A stretch of 64,000 bases of DNA from Pseudomonadota bacterium (GTDB lineage: Bacteria; Pseudomonadota; Alphaproteobacteria; Rhodobacterales; Rhodobacteraceae): contig JBCBCY010000012.1 of the NCBI GenBank assembly GCA_038530285.1, forward strand, positions 3,850 through 67,849, written 5' to 3'. Positions 50,536 through 59,723 of the stretch are shown here, piece by piece (the first letter of the stretch is position 1; each line of letters begins with the position of its first letter). The translations under genes were made by a program, and so were the position numbers. The notes below the pieces were generated by a model, which was not told the DNA's origin, did not search any database, and was given only the letters and a program-made list of their open reading frames with translations.

Positions 50536-51037
50536 CGGCGGACGCCTCACCGTCTTTCATGGCTTGCGCACGCTGCGCCATGGTCTGCTTGTAAAGCGAT
50601 ACGAAGTCGATGTTGTCGACATTCAGCGGCGGGAAACCTCCGTCGCGGGTGACATCCGAGATGATCCGGCGGATGAACGGAAACAGCATCCGGGGACATT
50701 CGATCATTAAGAACGGGTGCAGGCTTTCGTCCGGAACACCTTCGATGTGGAAGACCCCGGCATATTCCAGCTCGACCACAAACAACGTGTCTTCACTGTC
50801 CTTGTTCTTTGAGCGGACATTAAATTTAGCCATCACTTCATACTGGTGGTCGGCTGTCCGTTTTTTGCCGTCCAGCGCGACCTGCACCTGAACGTCAGGC
50901 TGCACCTGCGTATCAAGGGGTTTCTGCGCCAGAATATTCTCAAACGACAGGTCGCGAATATACTGGGTCAGGATCTGCATTTTTACTTGCGGGGCAGCCG
51001 TCGGGTTGGCGGCAGCAGTCTGGTTCTCGTCGGCCAT
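50528..51037 (-). CDS. secB: Protein-export chaperone SecB
   Basis: 169 aa with YIRDLSFE and ECPRMLFPFIRRIISDVTRDGGFPPL blocks. Confidence 0.95.
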   Translation of the reverse strand: MADENQTAAANPTAAPQVKMQILTQYIRDLSFENILAQKPLDTQVQPDVQVQVALDGKKRTADHQYEVMAKFNVRSKNKDSEDTLFVVELEYAGVFHIEGVPDESLHPFLMIECPRMLFPFIRRIISDVTRDGGFPPLNVDNIDFVSLYKQTMAQRAQAMKDGEASAVN

Positions 51038-51091
51038 GTGGCACCCTTTAATCTGGTTTGGACGCGTCTCTAACAGAGGGGGCGCGTTGCC

Positions 51092-51559
51092 TCAATCCCG
51101 CGTCCAACCCGAAGGACCGTTGCGCGGTTTTGGCGGGACCTCTTCATAGTCTGCCTCGATGATCGTGTCGTCGCGCGGCTGGGGGCCCGCACTTCCATAA
51201 GTCATGGTATCAACCTTGATCCGGGACCGCAGATATTGAAACACGGCCCGGCGAACCGGTGGAAAAAGCAGCGCAAAACCGAACGCGTCGGTAAAAAACC
51301 CCGGCGTAAGCAAGAGTGCGCCGGAAAACAGGATCATCGCGCCGTGCGCCAGCGGTTCGGCGGGGTTGTCCAAACGCTCAAACGAGCCGCGTATCTGACC
51401 CAGCGCCATAAGCCCTTGAGAACGCACAAGATAAGTGCCGGCGACCGCTGTCAGGACGACAATCCCCAGCGTTGGCCACAGGCCAATCAGGCTGCCGACC
51501 TGGATAAAAAGAGCGATTTCGATAAGCGGAACCGCCAAAAAAAGAAAAAACAGCCACAT
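51092..51559 (-). CDS. fxsA: FxsA family membrane protein
   Basis: ATG at 51559 gives MWLFFLFLAVPLIEIALFIQVGSLIG, the typical FxsA N-terminus. LLLTPGFFTD motif is present. Confidence 0.88.
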   Translation of the reverse strand: MWLFFLFLAVPLIEIALFIQVGSLIGLWPTLGIVVLTAVAGTYLVRSQGLMALGQIRGSFERLDNPAEPLAHGAMILFSGALLLTPGFFTDAFGFALLFPPVRRAVFQYLRSRIKVDTMTYGSAGPQPRDDTIIEADYEEVPPKPRNGPSGWTRD

Positions 51560-51661
51560 TATGCACCCATTGTCGCGGGACGGTGCCATAGACTTGGCCC
51601 CTACCGCACCCTACATAGGTGCCTTGTACACAGATTTCTATCACGCCAACCGGGGCATGTC

Positions 51662-52330
51662 ATGAACGGTCAAATTATTCAGCTTCTCGTCCTCGCCGGG
51701 ATTGCGGTTTTTCTGATCCTGCGTTTGCGGTCGGTGCTTGGCACGCGCGACGGATTTGAAAAGCCCCCTGTCACGGGTGCGGAAACACCAGATCGCCCTG
51801 TCACGAAGCGGCCCGAGTTCGATGTGATCGAAGGCGGGCCGGACCGCGACATCACCGATTATGTCGACGATGGCACGGATGCGGCCAAGGCGCTGGCTGC
51901 GATGAAGCTGGCCGACCGCGACTTCAACGTTCGCGAATTTCTCGAAGGCGCGCGCGGCGCCTACGAGATGATCTTGATGGCGTTTGAACGCGGCGACCTG
52001 ACAGAAGTGCGTGCCTTTCTGTCGGATGATGTGGCCGAAAGCTTTGATGCCGTGATCGCTGACCGAAACGCCCAGGGCCTGACAATTGATGCAAGCTTCA
52101 TTGGCGTGCGCGATGTCGGCGTCCATGATGCCAGCTTCGACCGTGCCTCAAGTGAGGGTGAGGTCTCGGTGCGCTTTGTGGGCGAGTTGACGTCGGTTGT
52201 GAAAAACACCGAAGGTGACATCGTCGAAGGCGACGCGACCGAGATCAAGCGCCAGAAGGACGTCTGGACGTTTGCCCGTATCATGGGCTCGGGCGATCCA
52301 AACTGGCAGCTTGTCGCAACTGGCGAATGA
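51662..52330 (+). CDS. Tim44-like domain protein (single N-terminal TM helix)
   Basis: ATG at 51662 (MNGQIIQLLVLAGIAVFLILRLRS...), in frame with a longer track ORF that runs antisense through fxsA. The C-terminal domain FLEGARGAYEMILMAFERGD...WTFARIMGSGDPNWQLVAT is typical of bacterial Tim44 homologues. Confidence 0.85.
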   Translation: MNGQIIQLLVLAGIAVFLILRLRSVLGTRDGFEKPPVTGAETPDRPVTKRPEFDVIEGGPDRDITDYVDDGTDAAKALAAMKLADRDFNVREFLEGARGAYEMILMAFERGDLTEVRAFLSDDVAESFDAVIADRNAQGLTIDASFIGVRDVGVHDASFDRASSEGEVSVRFVGELTSVVKNTEGDIVEGDATEIKRQKDVWTFARIMGSGDPNWQLVATGE

Positions 52331-53346
52331 TCAAGGCGGCAGCACTTGCTGCCATAAGCGCTGCCCTTTTGTCAGGTAGTGCCGTGGCCGAGGCGACACA
52401 TTCCTTGCTTGACTGGAACGATCTGCCCGGATGGGCCGATGACGACCATGAAGCCGCACTGACCGTTTTCACGAACACATGCGGTGATCTTGATGACGCA
52501 TGGGGTCCGGTGTGCGCGCTGGCGAAATCCGGACTTCCTGCAAAAGCCGTGTTTGAACGCGCCTTTTTGCCGGTGTTGATAGAAGACGGCGCCACACCCT
52601 TGTTCACTGGGTATTTTGAACCGGAACTGGCTGGCTCACGCGTGCGGACTCAGACCTTTCGCTACCCGCTGAACAAGCCGCCGCCAGAATTGCCGCGCGG
52701 CCAATGGCTGTCGCGCGCAGAGATCGAAAATTCGGGTGTCTTGGCGGGTCGCGGGCTGGAAATCGCCTGGTTGGCAGACCCGGTCGACAAGTTTTTCCTT
52801 CAGATACAGGGGTCAGGGCGCATCCGCTTGCCCGATGGGTCGGGGCTGCGCGTCGGGTATGCTGCGAAAAACGGACATCCTTATCGGTCGGTCGGGAATG
52901 AAATGGTGCGGCGCGGCCTTTTGCCGGAACACCAGGTTTCGGCGGGGATGATCCGCCGGTGGGTGGCCAACAATCCTGGCGTTGGCGAGCAGCTTTTGCA
53001 CACCAACCCGTCCTATGTGTTTTTCCGCGAAGTGACGAAAGTGCCCGCGCATCTGGGCCCGCTGGGCGCGATGAACCGGTCGATCACGCCGGGCCGGTCC
53101 ATTGCGGTTGATCCTGCGTTCACACCGCTTGGGGCACCGGTTTGGGTTGAAAAGGCCGGCGAAGAACCCTTTCGCCGTTTGATGGTGGCACAAGACACGG
53201 GGTCTGCGATCAAGGGTGCGCAGCGGGCAGATGTCTTTTTCGGCACCGGAAACGAAGCGGGCGAGGCTGCAGGCCGTGTCCGTGATGCGGGCCGCATGGT
53301 GGTTTTGCTGCCAATTGAGTTGGCCCTGGCCAAGGCGGGCGGATAG
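52327..53346 (+). CDS. mltA: Murein transglycosylase A (MltA family)
   Basis: 339 aa with a signal peptide, GYFEP, QIQGSGRI, GHPYRSVG and AQDTGSAIKG (3D domain) blocks. Confidence 0.9.
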   Translation: MIKAAALAAISAALLSGSAVAEATHSLLDWNDLPGWADDDHEAALTVFTNTCGDLDDAWGPVCALAKSGLPAKAVFERAFLPVLIEDGATPLFTGYFEPELAGSRVRTQTFRYPLNKPPPELPRGQWLSRAEIENSGVLAGRGLEIAWLADPVDKFFLQIQGSGRIRLPDGSGLRVGYAAKNGHPYRSVGNEMVRRGLLPEHQVSAGMIRRWVANNPGVGEQLLHTNPSYVFFREVTKVPAHLGPLGAMNRSITPGRSIAVDPAFTPLGAPVWVEKAGEEPFRRLMVAQDTGSAIKGAQRADVFFGTGNEAGEAAGRVRDAGRMVVLLPIELALAKAGG

Positions 53347-53350
53347 GCCG

Positions 53351-53926
53351 TTGACCAAAAGACGCCCGCGCGGGTTGCGTCCCGACGAAAAAGATCTGTG
53401 GCACCGCTATACCGAAGGCGTGTCGGCTGCCCCTGAACCCCAGATGCATAAGGACCCGGGCGAGCGGCCAACCAAGCCTGCACCAGACATCGCGCCGATC
53501 TCCACATTCAAAGTGGGTGAACGCGCCAAGACGAAAAGCAATGTCGCTGTCACCAAAGCCCTTGGTCCGACAGATGCGCCCCCAAAAATGGACAAAAAGA
53601 CGTTTGGGCGACTGAAAAAGGGTCAGTTGAAGCCGCAAGCGCGCATCGACCTGCACGGAATGACCGTCGCGGACGCCCACGGCGCCCTGGATGAGTTCAT
53701 TTTTCGGGCCCAGGCGGGCGGGCTTCGTTTAGTGTTGGTGATCACCGGTAAGGGTGATCGCCGCGATGTCGGCCTGATGCCGGTCGAACGCGGCGTCTTA
53801 CGGCGCCAGGTGCCCGAATGGTTGCGGTTACCGCCGCTGTCTTCGGCCGTTCTGGACGTTGCGATCGCGCACCGGCGACACGGCGGAGATGGCGCGCTTT
53901 ATGTGTATTTGCGACGCACGCGCTAG
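53351..53926 (+). CDS. Smr domain protein (MutS2-C-like endonuclease domain)
   Basis: The C-terminal IDLHGMTVADAHGALDEFIFRAQAGGLRLVLVITGKG...YVYL is an Smr domain. The probable start is a TTG at 53351, just after the mltA stop. The track ORF (from 53216) overlaps mltA. Confidence 0.8.
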   Translation: MTKRRPRGLRPDEKDLWHRYTEGVSAAPEPQMHKDPGERPTKPAPDIAPISTFKVGERAKTKSNVAVTKALGPTDAPPKMDKKTFGRLKKGQLKPQARIDLHGMTVADAHGALDEFIFRAQAGGLRLVLVITGKGDRRDVGLMPVERGVLRRQVPEWLRLPPLSSAVLDVAIAHRRHGGDGALYVYLRRTR

Positions 53927-55131
53927 GCGGATCGAACTCCGCGCAAGCCAAGCCAGATCAGCAAGGCAGCGGCGACAAAATAGGCCGCGATAAAGGGCAT
54001 CTGATCTGTGAACGCCAACCCGCCGTCGATGAGCAATCCTGTGACGATCGGGCCGACAGCGGTCCCAAACACCATGATCGCTGCGGCAAGGGATTTTATT
54101 GCTCCCAGATGCTGCGTGCCGTAGGCCTCGGCCCAGAAGGCGGCGGGGATGGTTGAATTTGCCCCCTGGGACACCCCCATCAAGACCATTGCGATGCCGC
54201 CGAAAAGCACCGAATCCGCGACCCCCATCACGACGAAACCTGCCGCCAGTGGCAGATGGGCCAAGGGCATCAGCCGCATCGCGCCTAGCCGGTCGATGAA
54301 CCAGCCCGAGGTCAAAAGTGCGGTGATCGCAGCGCCAGTGAACAAGGGAAACATGGCAACCAGCACCACATGACCCCAACCTTTGAATTCAGCCAGATGC
54401 ACCTGGTGAAAGAAAAACGCCGTGCTGAAGGCGGGCGGACCCAAAAGGTACGGCAAGACGAACCAGAACAACCTGTTGGTCAGCAGGTCGCGCCGGGTCC
54501 AATGGCGCCCGCCGATTCCGGCGTTTTGTGTTTCGCGGGCAATTGCTGCAGGCGTGCGTTCCAATCGCAAAAGGCGCATCAACACCGGGATAAGCCCCAG
54601 TATGATAACCGCGGCTACGCCCCAAAGCGCGCGCCAATCCACCCCGGCCATGGCGGCGACCACGATCATCGGCAAAAACGCCTCGCCCGCCGCGACACCA
54701 AGATAGGCGATCGACAGGGCACGGCCACGGGTGGCCACATACCACCGCGCCATCGCGACTGCAGCCAGATGGGTGGCCAAGCCCTGCCCGCCCAGTCGCA
54801 ACAAAAACACCGCGATGATCAAGGTCGCGAGGTTTGGCGCCAGCGCCATAGTGGTTGCGGCGCCAGCCAAGAGCAACAGCGCGAAAAGCCCGAGCGTGCG
54901 GACCCGGAACCGGTCGGTCAGCACACCCACCCAGATCATCACCATGGCCGACGCAAAGGTCCCCACAGAATAGGCCGTACCCCAACCGCCGTGCGATAGG
55001 TCAAATGCGGCGCGAATTTCGCCCGCAAAGATCGAAATGAAGAACGTTTGCCCGAAGGACGACAGGAAGGTCAGCAAAACGCCTGCTGCAAGGAAGGGGG
55101 CATTTTGACGGATGAATGCCCAGGTGCTCAA
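53923..55131 (-). CDS. MFS transporter
   Basis: 402 aa with about 12 hydrophobic segments and an MFS-like DRFRVR loop between TM2 and TM3. TTG start at 55131. Confidence 0.85.
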   Translation of the reverse strand: MSTWAFIRQNAPFLAAGVLLTFLSSFGQTFFISIFAGEIRAAFDLSHGGWGTAYSVGTFASAMVMIWVGVLTDRFRVRTLGLFALLLLAGAATTMALAPNLATLIIAVFLLRLGGQGLATHLAAVAMARWYVATRGRALSIAYLGVAAGEAFLPMIVVAAMAGVDWRALWGVAAVIILGLIPVLMRLLRLERTPAAIARETQNAGIGGRHWTRRDLLTNRLFWFVLPYLLGPPAFSTAFFFHQVHLAEFKGWGHVVLVAMFPLFTGAAITALLTSGWFIDRLGAMRLMPLAHLPLAAGFVVMGVADSVLFGGIAMVLMGVSQGANSTIPAAFWAEAYGTQHLGAIKSLAAAIMVFGTAVGPIVTGLLIDGGLAFTDQMPFIAAYFVAAALLIWLGLRGVRSA

Positions 55132-55134
55132 CGC

Positions 55135-56217
55135 CTAGCGTCCGCCCCGAAGCAGAATGTTGGTGGCTGATTGCACCGTCAAAACAGTACCAGGCAGGAT
55201 GCCGGTTCGCCCGGCCCGATCGCCGTCGAAGGCGCGGTCGACCTCTGCCAGGCGGCGCAAAAGCGCGATCAGTGCGGGCGATGACCCGGCCGTGAAATGC
55301 CCCGCTCCAGTTGAAAATGCGGTGACATCCAGCAAAACGACATCAAGGTCCGACAAGGCATCGGCATCGGCAATGTTGCCCAAACGGCTGGTCTGCCCGG
55401 TCAGCCGCGCCGACAACCGCAGCGCGCGGTCGCGTTCGGACACAAAGATCGCAAATCGTTCTGGCAGGGGATCAATCCGGCTTGCCTGCGAGCGAAACAC
55501 CTCAATATCAATGTCGGGCGAGATCAGGATAACCCCGTCAAGGTTACGGTTTGCCCAGCCTGCATCGGCGATTGAAATCTGGCGCAAGGTTTCCATCGTC
55601 AACAGCGCGCCCATTGAATGGGCCACGACCAAGATCCGCTCGGCCCCGGCATCTGCTGCGATGCGAAGCATCCGTTCCAGGCCGTCACGGGCAAACAGCA
55701 TCGAGTCGCGATCGTAGCCGTAGCCCAGCGGGTTCGCGGCCGAGGGCCAGGAATAATGCGCCGCAACGCCGGGAATTTGCAGGTCAGACGACAATTGCGC
55801 GATCCGCAGAACGCCTTCGCCGAAGGTGTTGTTGAACCCGTGAATATAAAGCGTCAGGTCGCGGTTGCCCCGCGTGCGTTGCCGCAGCGCCCGCGAGATA
55901 TCAGCGCGAAAGGCGGCTTCGCTTTCATATTGCGCAGCACCTGTGGCGAAAAACTGGGTCTGCGGTTCGATGGGGTCGGTTGGAAGCTCGATCGTGCCTG
56001 CTTCGCGGTCAGGCGGCACCGAAATGCTGCGCGACATGAAGGCCAGCCGTTCCGACCGGTATTGCCCGGGGTCGCGCCCCACCAAAAGCCGGCGCGAGGT
56101 TGCGATGAAAACCTCAACCTCTTGGCTGGCGGCATTCACGTCCGGGGCGACCAGAAGATCACCGCGCGGCGCGCAAGCCGCCAAGGTCACAAAGACGAAG
56201 ACCGAAAGAACGCGCAT
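55135..56217 (-). CDS. Alpha/beta hydrolase lipoprotein (DUF900-like esterase)
   Basis: ATG at 56217 gives MRVLSVFVFVTLAAC (lipobox). HGFNN oxyanion block and AHSMG nucleophile elbow are present. The longer track ORF would overlap hslU. Confidence 0.8.
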   Translation of the reverse strand: MRVLSVFVFVTLAACAPRGDLLVAPDVNAASQEVEVFIATSRRLLVGRDPGQYRSERLAFMSRSISVPPDREAGTIELPTDPIEPQTQFFATGAAQYESEAAFRADISRALRQRTRGNRDLTLYIHGFNNTFGEGVLRIAQLSSDLQIPGVAAHYSWPSAANPLGYGYDRDSMLFARDGLERMLRIAADAGAERILVVAHSMGALLTMETLRQISIADAGWANRNLDGVILISPDIDIEVFRSQASRIDPLPERFAIFVSERDRALRLSARLTGQTSRLGNIADADALSDLDVVLLDVTAFSTGAGHFTAGSSPALIALLRRLAEVDRAFDGDRAGRTGILPGTVLTVQSATNILLRGGR

Positions 56218-56272
56218 TGTGCCCCCAAAAGTTGATGCGCAAGTGATAGGCGCACCGGCCCCGCGCACAAGC

Positions 56273-57583
56273 TCAAAGTACGTAGCGCGACATGTCTGCG
56301 GATTTTGCCAGATCGCCCAGATGGGTCTCAACAAAGGCGGCATCTACGGTCACGGTCTCGCCCGCCTGGTCGGGGGCTGTGAAGGACAGATCTTCAAAAA
56401 CCCGTTCCATCACGGTGTAAAGCCGCCGCGCCCCGATGTTTTCGACCGATTGATTCACGTCGGCTGCGATTTTGGCCAGGGCCGCTATCCCGTCTTGGGT
56501 GAAGGTCACGGTGACCTCTTCGGTGGCCATCAGCGCGGTGTATTGCAGGGTGAGCGCGTTGTCGGTTTCTGTCAGGATGCGCACGAAATCATCTTCGGTG
56601 AGTGCGCGCAACTCGACCCGGATCGGCAGGCGGCCCTGCAGTTCGGGCAACAGGTCCGACGGCTTGGCGATGTGGAACGCGCCTGAGGCGATAAACAAGA
56701 TATGGTCGGTCTTGATCGGCCCGTGTTTGGTGGACACGGTCGTGCCTTCGATCAAGGGCAGAAGATCGCGCTGGACCCCTTCGCGGGACACATCCGCGCC
56801 GCGCGCGTCCGCCCGCGCGGTCACTTTGTCGATCTCATCAAGAAACACGATGCCGTTCTGTTCAACAGCGTTTAGCGCCTGTTTAGTGACTGTTTCGTCA
56901 TCCAGAAGCTTGTCGGCCTCTTCTTTCAGCAAGACCCCGTAGCTGTCGGCGACGCTCATTCTTTTGCGTGTGGTCCGGCCCTGGAAGGCCTTGCCGAACA
57001 GATCGCCAAGGTTCATGCCGCCCGGCATCCCGCCGCCGGGTTGGCCAGGGATTTCAAACGCAGGAAAAGGCGAAGATGTATCGGCCAGCTCAAGTTCGAT
57101 CATCGTGTCGTCCAGCTCGCCCGAGCGGAGCTTTTTGCGAAACATCTCGCGGGTTTGTTCGCGCGCCCCGTCCCCGGCGATGGCGGCCAGCACGCGTTCT
57201 TCCGCGTTTTCTTCCGCGCGCGATTTCACATCCTCGCGCATCAGATCGCGGGTCTGGGTGATCGCGGCTTCAATCAGATCGCGGATGATCTGTTCGACAT
57301 CGCGGCCAACATAGCCGACCTCGGTGAACTTCGTCGCCTCAACCTTCAGGAACGGCGCGCGGGCAAGCTTCGCCAGCCGGCGCGAGATTTCGGTTTTGCC
57401 GACGCCAGTGGGCCCGATCATCAGGATGTTCTTCGGATACACCTCATCGCGCAGATCATCGCCCAGTTGTTTGCGCCGCCAGCGATTGCGCAGCGCGACT
57501 GCGACCGCACGCTTGGCGTCGGCCTGGCCGATGATGAAGCGGTCAAGTTCCGACACGATTTCGCGGGGGGTCAGGTCAGTCAT
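56273..57583 (-). CDS. hslU: ATP-dependent protease ATPase subunit HslU
   Basis: [21 protein letters not shown]-terminus, Walker [11 protein letters not shown] and Walker [13 protein letters not shown] at 57583 overlaps the upstream gene end by 8 nt (ATGACTGA). The track ORF starts at a GTG at 57592. Confidence 0.96.
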   Translation of the reverse strand: MTDLTPREIVSELDRFIIGQADAKRAVAVALRNRWRRKQLGDDLRDEVYPKNILMIGPTGVGKTEISRRLAKLARAPFLKVEATKFTEVGYVGRDVEQIIRDLIEAAITQTRDLMREDVKSRAEENAEERVLAAIAGDGAREQTREMFRKKLRSGELDDTMIELELADTSSPFPAFEIPGQPGGGMPGGMNLGDLFGKAFQGRTTRKRMSVADSYGVLLKEEADKLLDDETVTKQALNAVEQNGIVFLDEIDKVTARADARGADVSREGVQRDLLPLIEGTTVSTKHGPIKTDHILFIASGAFHIAKPSDLLPELQGRLPIRVELRALTEDDFVRILTETDNALTLQYTALMATEEVTVTFTQDGIAALAKIAADVNQSVENIGARRLYTVMERVFEDLSFTAPDQAGETVTVDAAFVETHLGDLAKSADMSRYVL

Positions 57584-58664
57584 GGACGACACCTTTCAAA
57601 GAACTGGGGGGCAAACGGTCCAAGGGCAGGATCGGGCCGAGGATGGACAGAAACACAGCGCGAATCCTGTCCCAGAAGGCGCCAAGGACCAAAAGTGCGG
57701 CGCCGAGAACCAAGATGGTGACCGCGCCGCCTTCGCCGTCAAACACGGTGAAGGCGATCGCTACGGAATAGCCAATCGCGGCCAGAAGGAAGGACCGGCG
57801 GTCGATCACAATCGCGACCACGGCAAATAGCGCAAGAATGCCGATTAACGCGGTGTTGGCAGCCGCCGTTTCGCGCGAAAACAGCGTCAGCGCGAGGGTG
57901 TTTACCAGTGCTGGGGCGGCAACCACATGCAGCCAGAACCCGTTGGCGGACCGGCGCGTCACCCGGTGGGGGTCGGACATGTCAAACACCATCGCCACGG
58001 CAAATACCGCACAGCCAAGTGCGAGGGTGATCAGCGCAAATGGCCCGTCGGCGGACAGCAAAAACAGATCAGCGGGGCTTTCAGGCGTCCCGCTCTGGGT
58101 GGCGGCTATCAGCACGGCAACGATGAACAAGCCCACTGCGATCATCGCCATGGCAAAGGGCACCCGGAAGCGCCACCAATAGACCACCAATGCCAGTGTC
58201 CCGACCGCATAGGGCAAGGGTAGAGACGAATAGTCTTCCTGTGCGACCATGAAGGGCTGCGCAAAATAGGCGGTCAGCGCAAAGGCGGCGTTCACCGCAA
58301 ACAGGGCAGACAGCGCGATGGCGGGCGCCACCATGCGACGGCGGCGGATGAAGTATTCCGACAACGCCCAAAGCATGACCGCGCCGATGCCACCATATAG
58401 GACCGCGCTGTTTTGGACGTTTGAAATCTCAGACGTCATGGAAAACCCGATGACCCCGGCCCAGCCCGCTGTCAGAATACCCAGGCCCACGACAATGAAG
58501 ATCTCATTGAACCCTTTGAACAACTCGAACGGTTCATCCCCGGGGGCCAGATTTTCGCGCGCGCCGCGGCGGCTGTCGGACAGGCCCTGAAGCCGCGCGC
58601 CTTGGGCTTCGGTCAGGATGCCGGCGGCAACCGCGGCCTTTATGTCATCAGGGGTCACGGTCAA
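57576..58664 (-). CDS. Polytopic membrane protein of unknown function, embedded between hslV and hslU
   Basis: 362-aa ORF. About 55 soluble N-terminal residues ([19 protein letters not shown]), then roughly 9-10 hydrophobic helices. It has a non-ATG start (TTG at 58664 or GTG at 58658) 3 nt after the hslV stop, and its 3' end overlaps hslU. No family recognised with confidence; the N-terminus is reminiscent of DUF2157-type proteins. Confidence 0.78.
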   Translation of the reverse strand: MTVTPDDIKAAVAAGILTEAQGARLQGLSDSRRGARENLAPGDEPFELFKGFNEIFIVVGLGILTAGWAGVIGFSMTSEISNVQNSAVLYGGIGAVMLWALSEYFIRRRRMVAPAIALSALFAVNAAFALTAYFAQPFMVAQEDYSSLPLPYAVGTLALVVYWWRFRVPFAMAMIAVGLFIVAVLIAATQSGTPESPADLFLLSADGPFALITLALGCAVFAVAMVFDMSDPHRVTRRSANGFWLHVVAAPALVNTLALTLFSRETAAANTALIGILALFAVVAIVIDRRSFLLAAIGYSVAIAFTVFDGEGGAVTILVLGAALLVLGAFWDRIRAVFLSILGPILPLDRLPPSSLKGVVHD

Positions 58665-58667
58665 CGA

Positions 58668-59225
58668 TCAGCCCTTGGCGATCTTTTCGACGGTGAGGTT
58701 GCCGTTGGTGTAAACACAGATATCGGCGGCAATCGCCATGGCTTTGCGCGCGACCGTTTCGGCGTCATCTGGCCCGTCCATCAGCGCGCGGCCGGCCGCC
58801 AGCGCGTAATTCCCGCCAGAGCCAATCGCAGTGACGTCATGTTCGGGTTCCAACACGTCCCCTGCCCCGGTCACCACGTAGAGTTCTGCCCCATCGGTCA
58901 CGATCAAGAAGGCTTCGAGCTTTTGCAGGTACTTGTCAGTGCGCCAGTCTTTGGCAAGCTCCACCGCGGCGCGCTGCAACTGCCCGGGCGTGGCTTCCAG
59001 CTTGGCTTCCAGCCGTTCCAGCAGCGTGAAGGCATCGGCGGTTGAACCCGCAAACCCGGCGACAATGTCCAGACCCCCTGGCGTAAGGCGCCGCACCTTT
59101 TTGGCGGTGCCCTTGATCACGGTTTGGCCAAGGCTGACCTGTCCGTCGCCTGCGATCACCACCTCGTTGCCCTTGCGGACCCCGATGATCGTCGTGCCGT
59201 GCCAGCCTGGGAAGTCGTTTGCCAT
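58668..59225 (-). CDS. hslV: ATP-dependent protease proteolytic subunit HslV
   Basis: 185 aa with [12 protein letters not shown] (N-terminal Thr nucleophile after processing) and [10 protein letters not shown]. Confidence 0.96.
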   Translation of the reverse strand: MANDFPGWHGTTIIGVRKGNEVVIAGDGQVSLGQTVIKGTAKKVRRLTPGGLDIVAGFAGSTADAFTLLERLEAKLEATPGQLQRAAVELAKDWRTDKYLQKLEAFLIVTDGAELYVVTGAGDVLEPEHDVTAIGSGGNYALAAGRALMDGPDDAETVARKAMAIAADICVYTNGNLTVEKIAKG

Positions 59226-59294
59226 AATACCCTCCGTCGTCTGGGCCTATATGGCGGTGGGCCCCCGGACACACAAGTCAGGTCGCGAGGGCGC

Positions 59295-59320
59295 AAAAAA
59301 GGGCGCCCACGGGCACCCTT
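59295..59320 (-). terminator. Intrinsic terminator downstream of trxA
   Basis: Minus-strand RNA AAGGGUGCC-CGUG-GGCGCCCUU followed by U6. It starts 21 nt after the trxA stop. Confidence 0.75.
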
Positions 59321-59341
59321 GTCATTTGCATGTCGAACTAC

Positions 59342-59662
59342 CTAGATCGCGTCTTTGATCCAGCCTTCCAAAGCGGCTTTGGGGGCAGCGCCCGTCTTGT
59401 TCGACACGACCTCGCCGTCCTTGAACAAAAACAGCGCAGGAATGCCGCGCACGCCAAGCTGACCGGCGTTGGCCTGGTCTTCGTCGACATTGACCTTCAC
59501 GATCTTGACCTGGCCGGCGTATTCTTCGGACAATTCTTCAAGGGCGGGGCCGATCTGCTTGCAGGGGCCGCACCACGGGGCCCAGAAATCCACCACGACG
59601 GGGATGTCTGAGTTCCGGACTTCGGCTTCGAACGTATCGTCGGTGACGGGGACGGTGCCCAT
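59342..59662 (-). CDS. trxA: Thioredoxin
   Basis: 106 aa with active site WCGPC and [12 protein letters not shown] context. Confidence 0.97.
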   Translation of the reverse strand: MGTVPVTDDTFEAEVRNSDIPVVVDFWAPWCGPCKQIGPALEELSEEYAGQVKIVKVNVDEDQANAGQLGVRGIPALFLFKDGEVVSNKTGAAPKAALEGWIKDAI

Positions 59663-59723
59663 GGCAGCCTCCTAAAGCGGGGAATGAACAGGTTGACGAA
59701 CGTAAGGTCGCCTTGGTGCCACG

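Noticed and set aside
51236-51661. The 5' extension of the Tim44-like ORF (51236..52330)
   Set aside because: It overlaps fxsA on the opposite strand and is highly basic low-complexity sequence. The real protein starts with a TM helix at the ATG at 51662.
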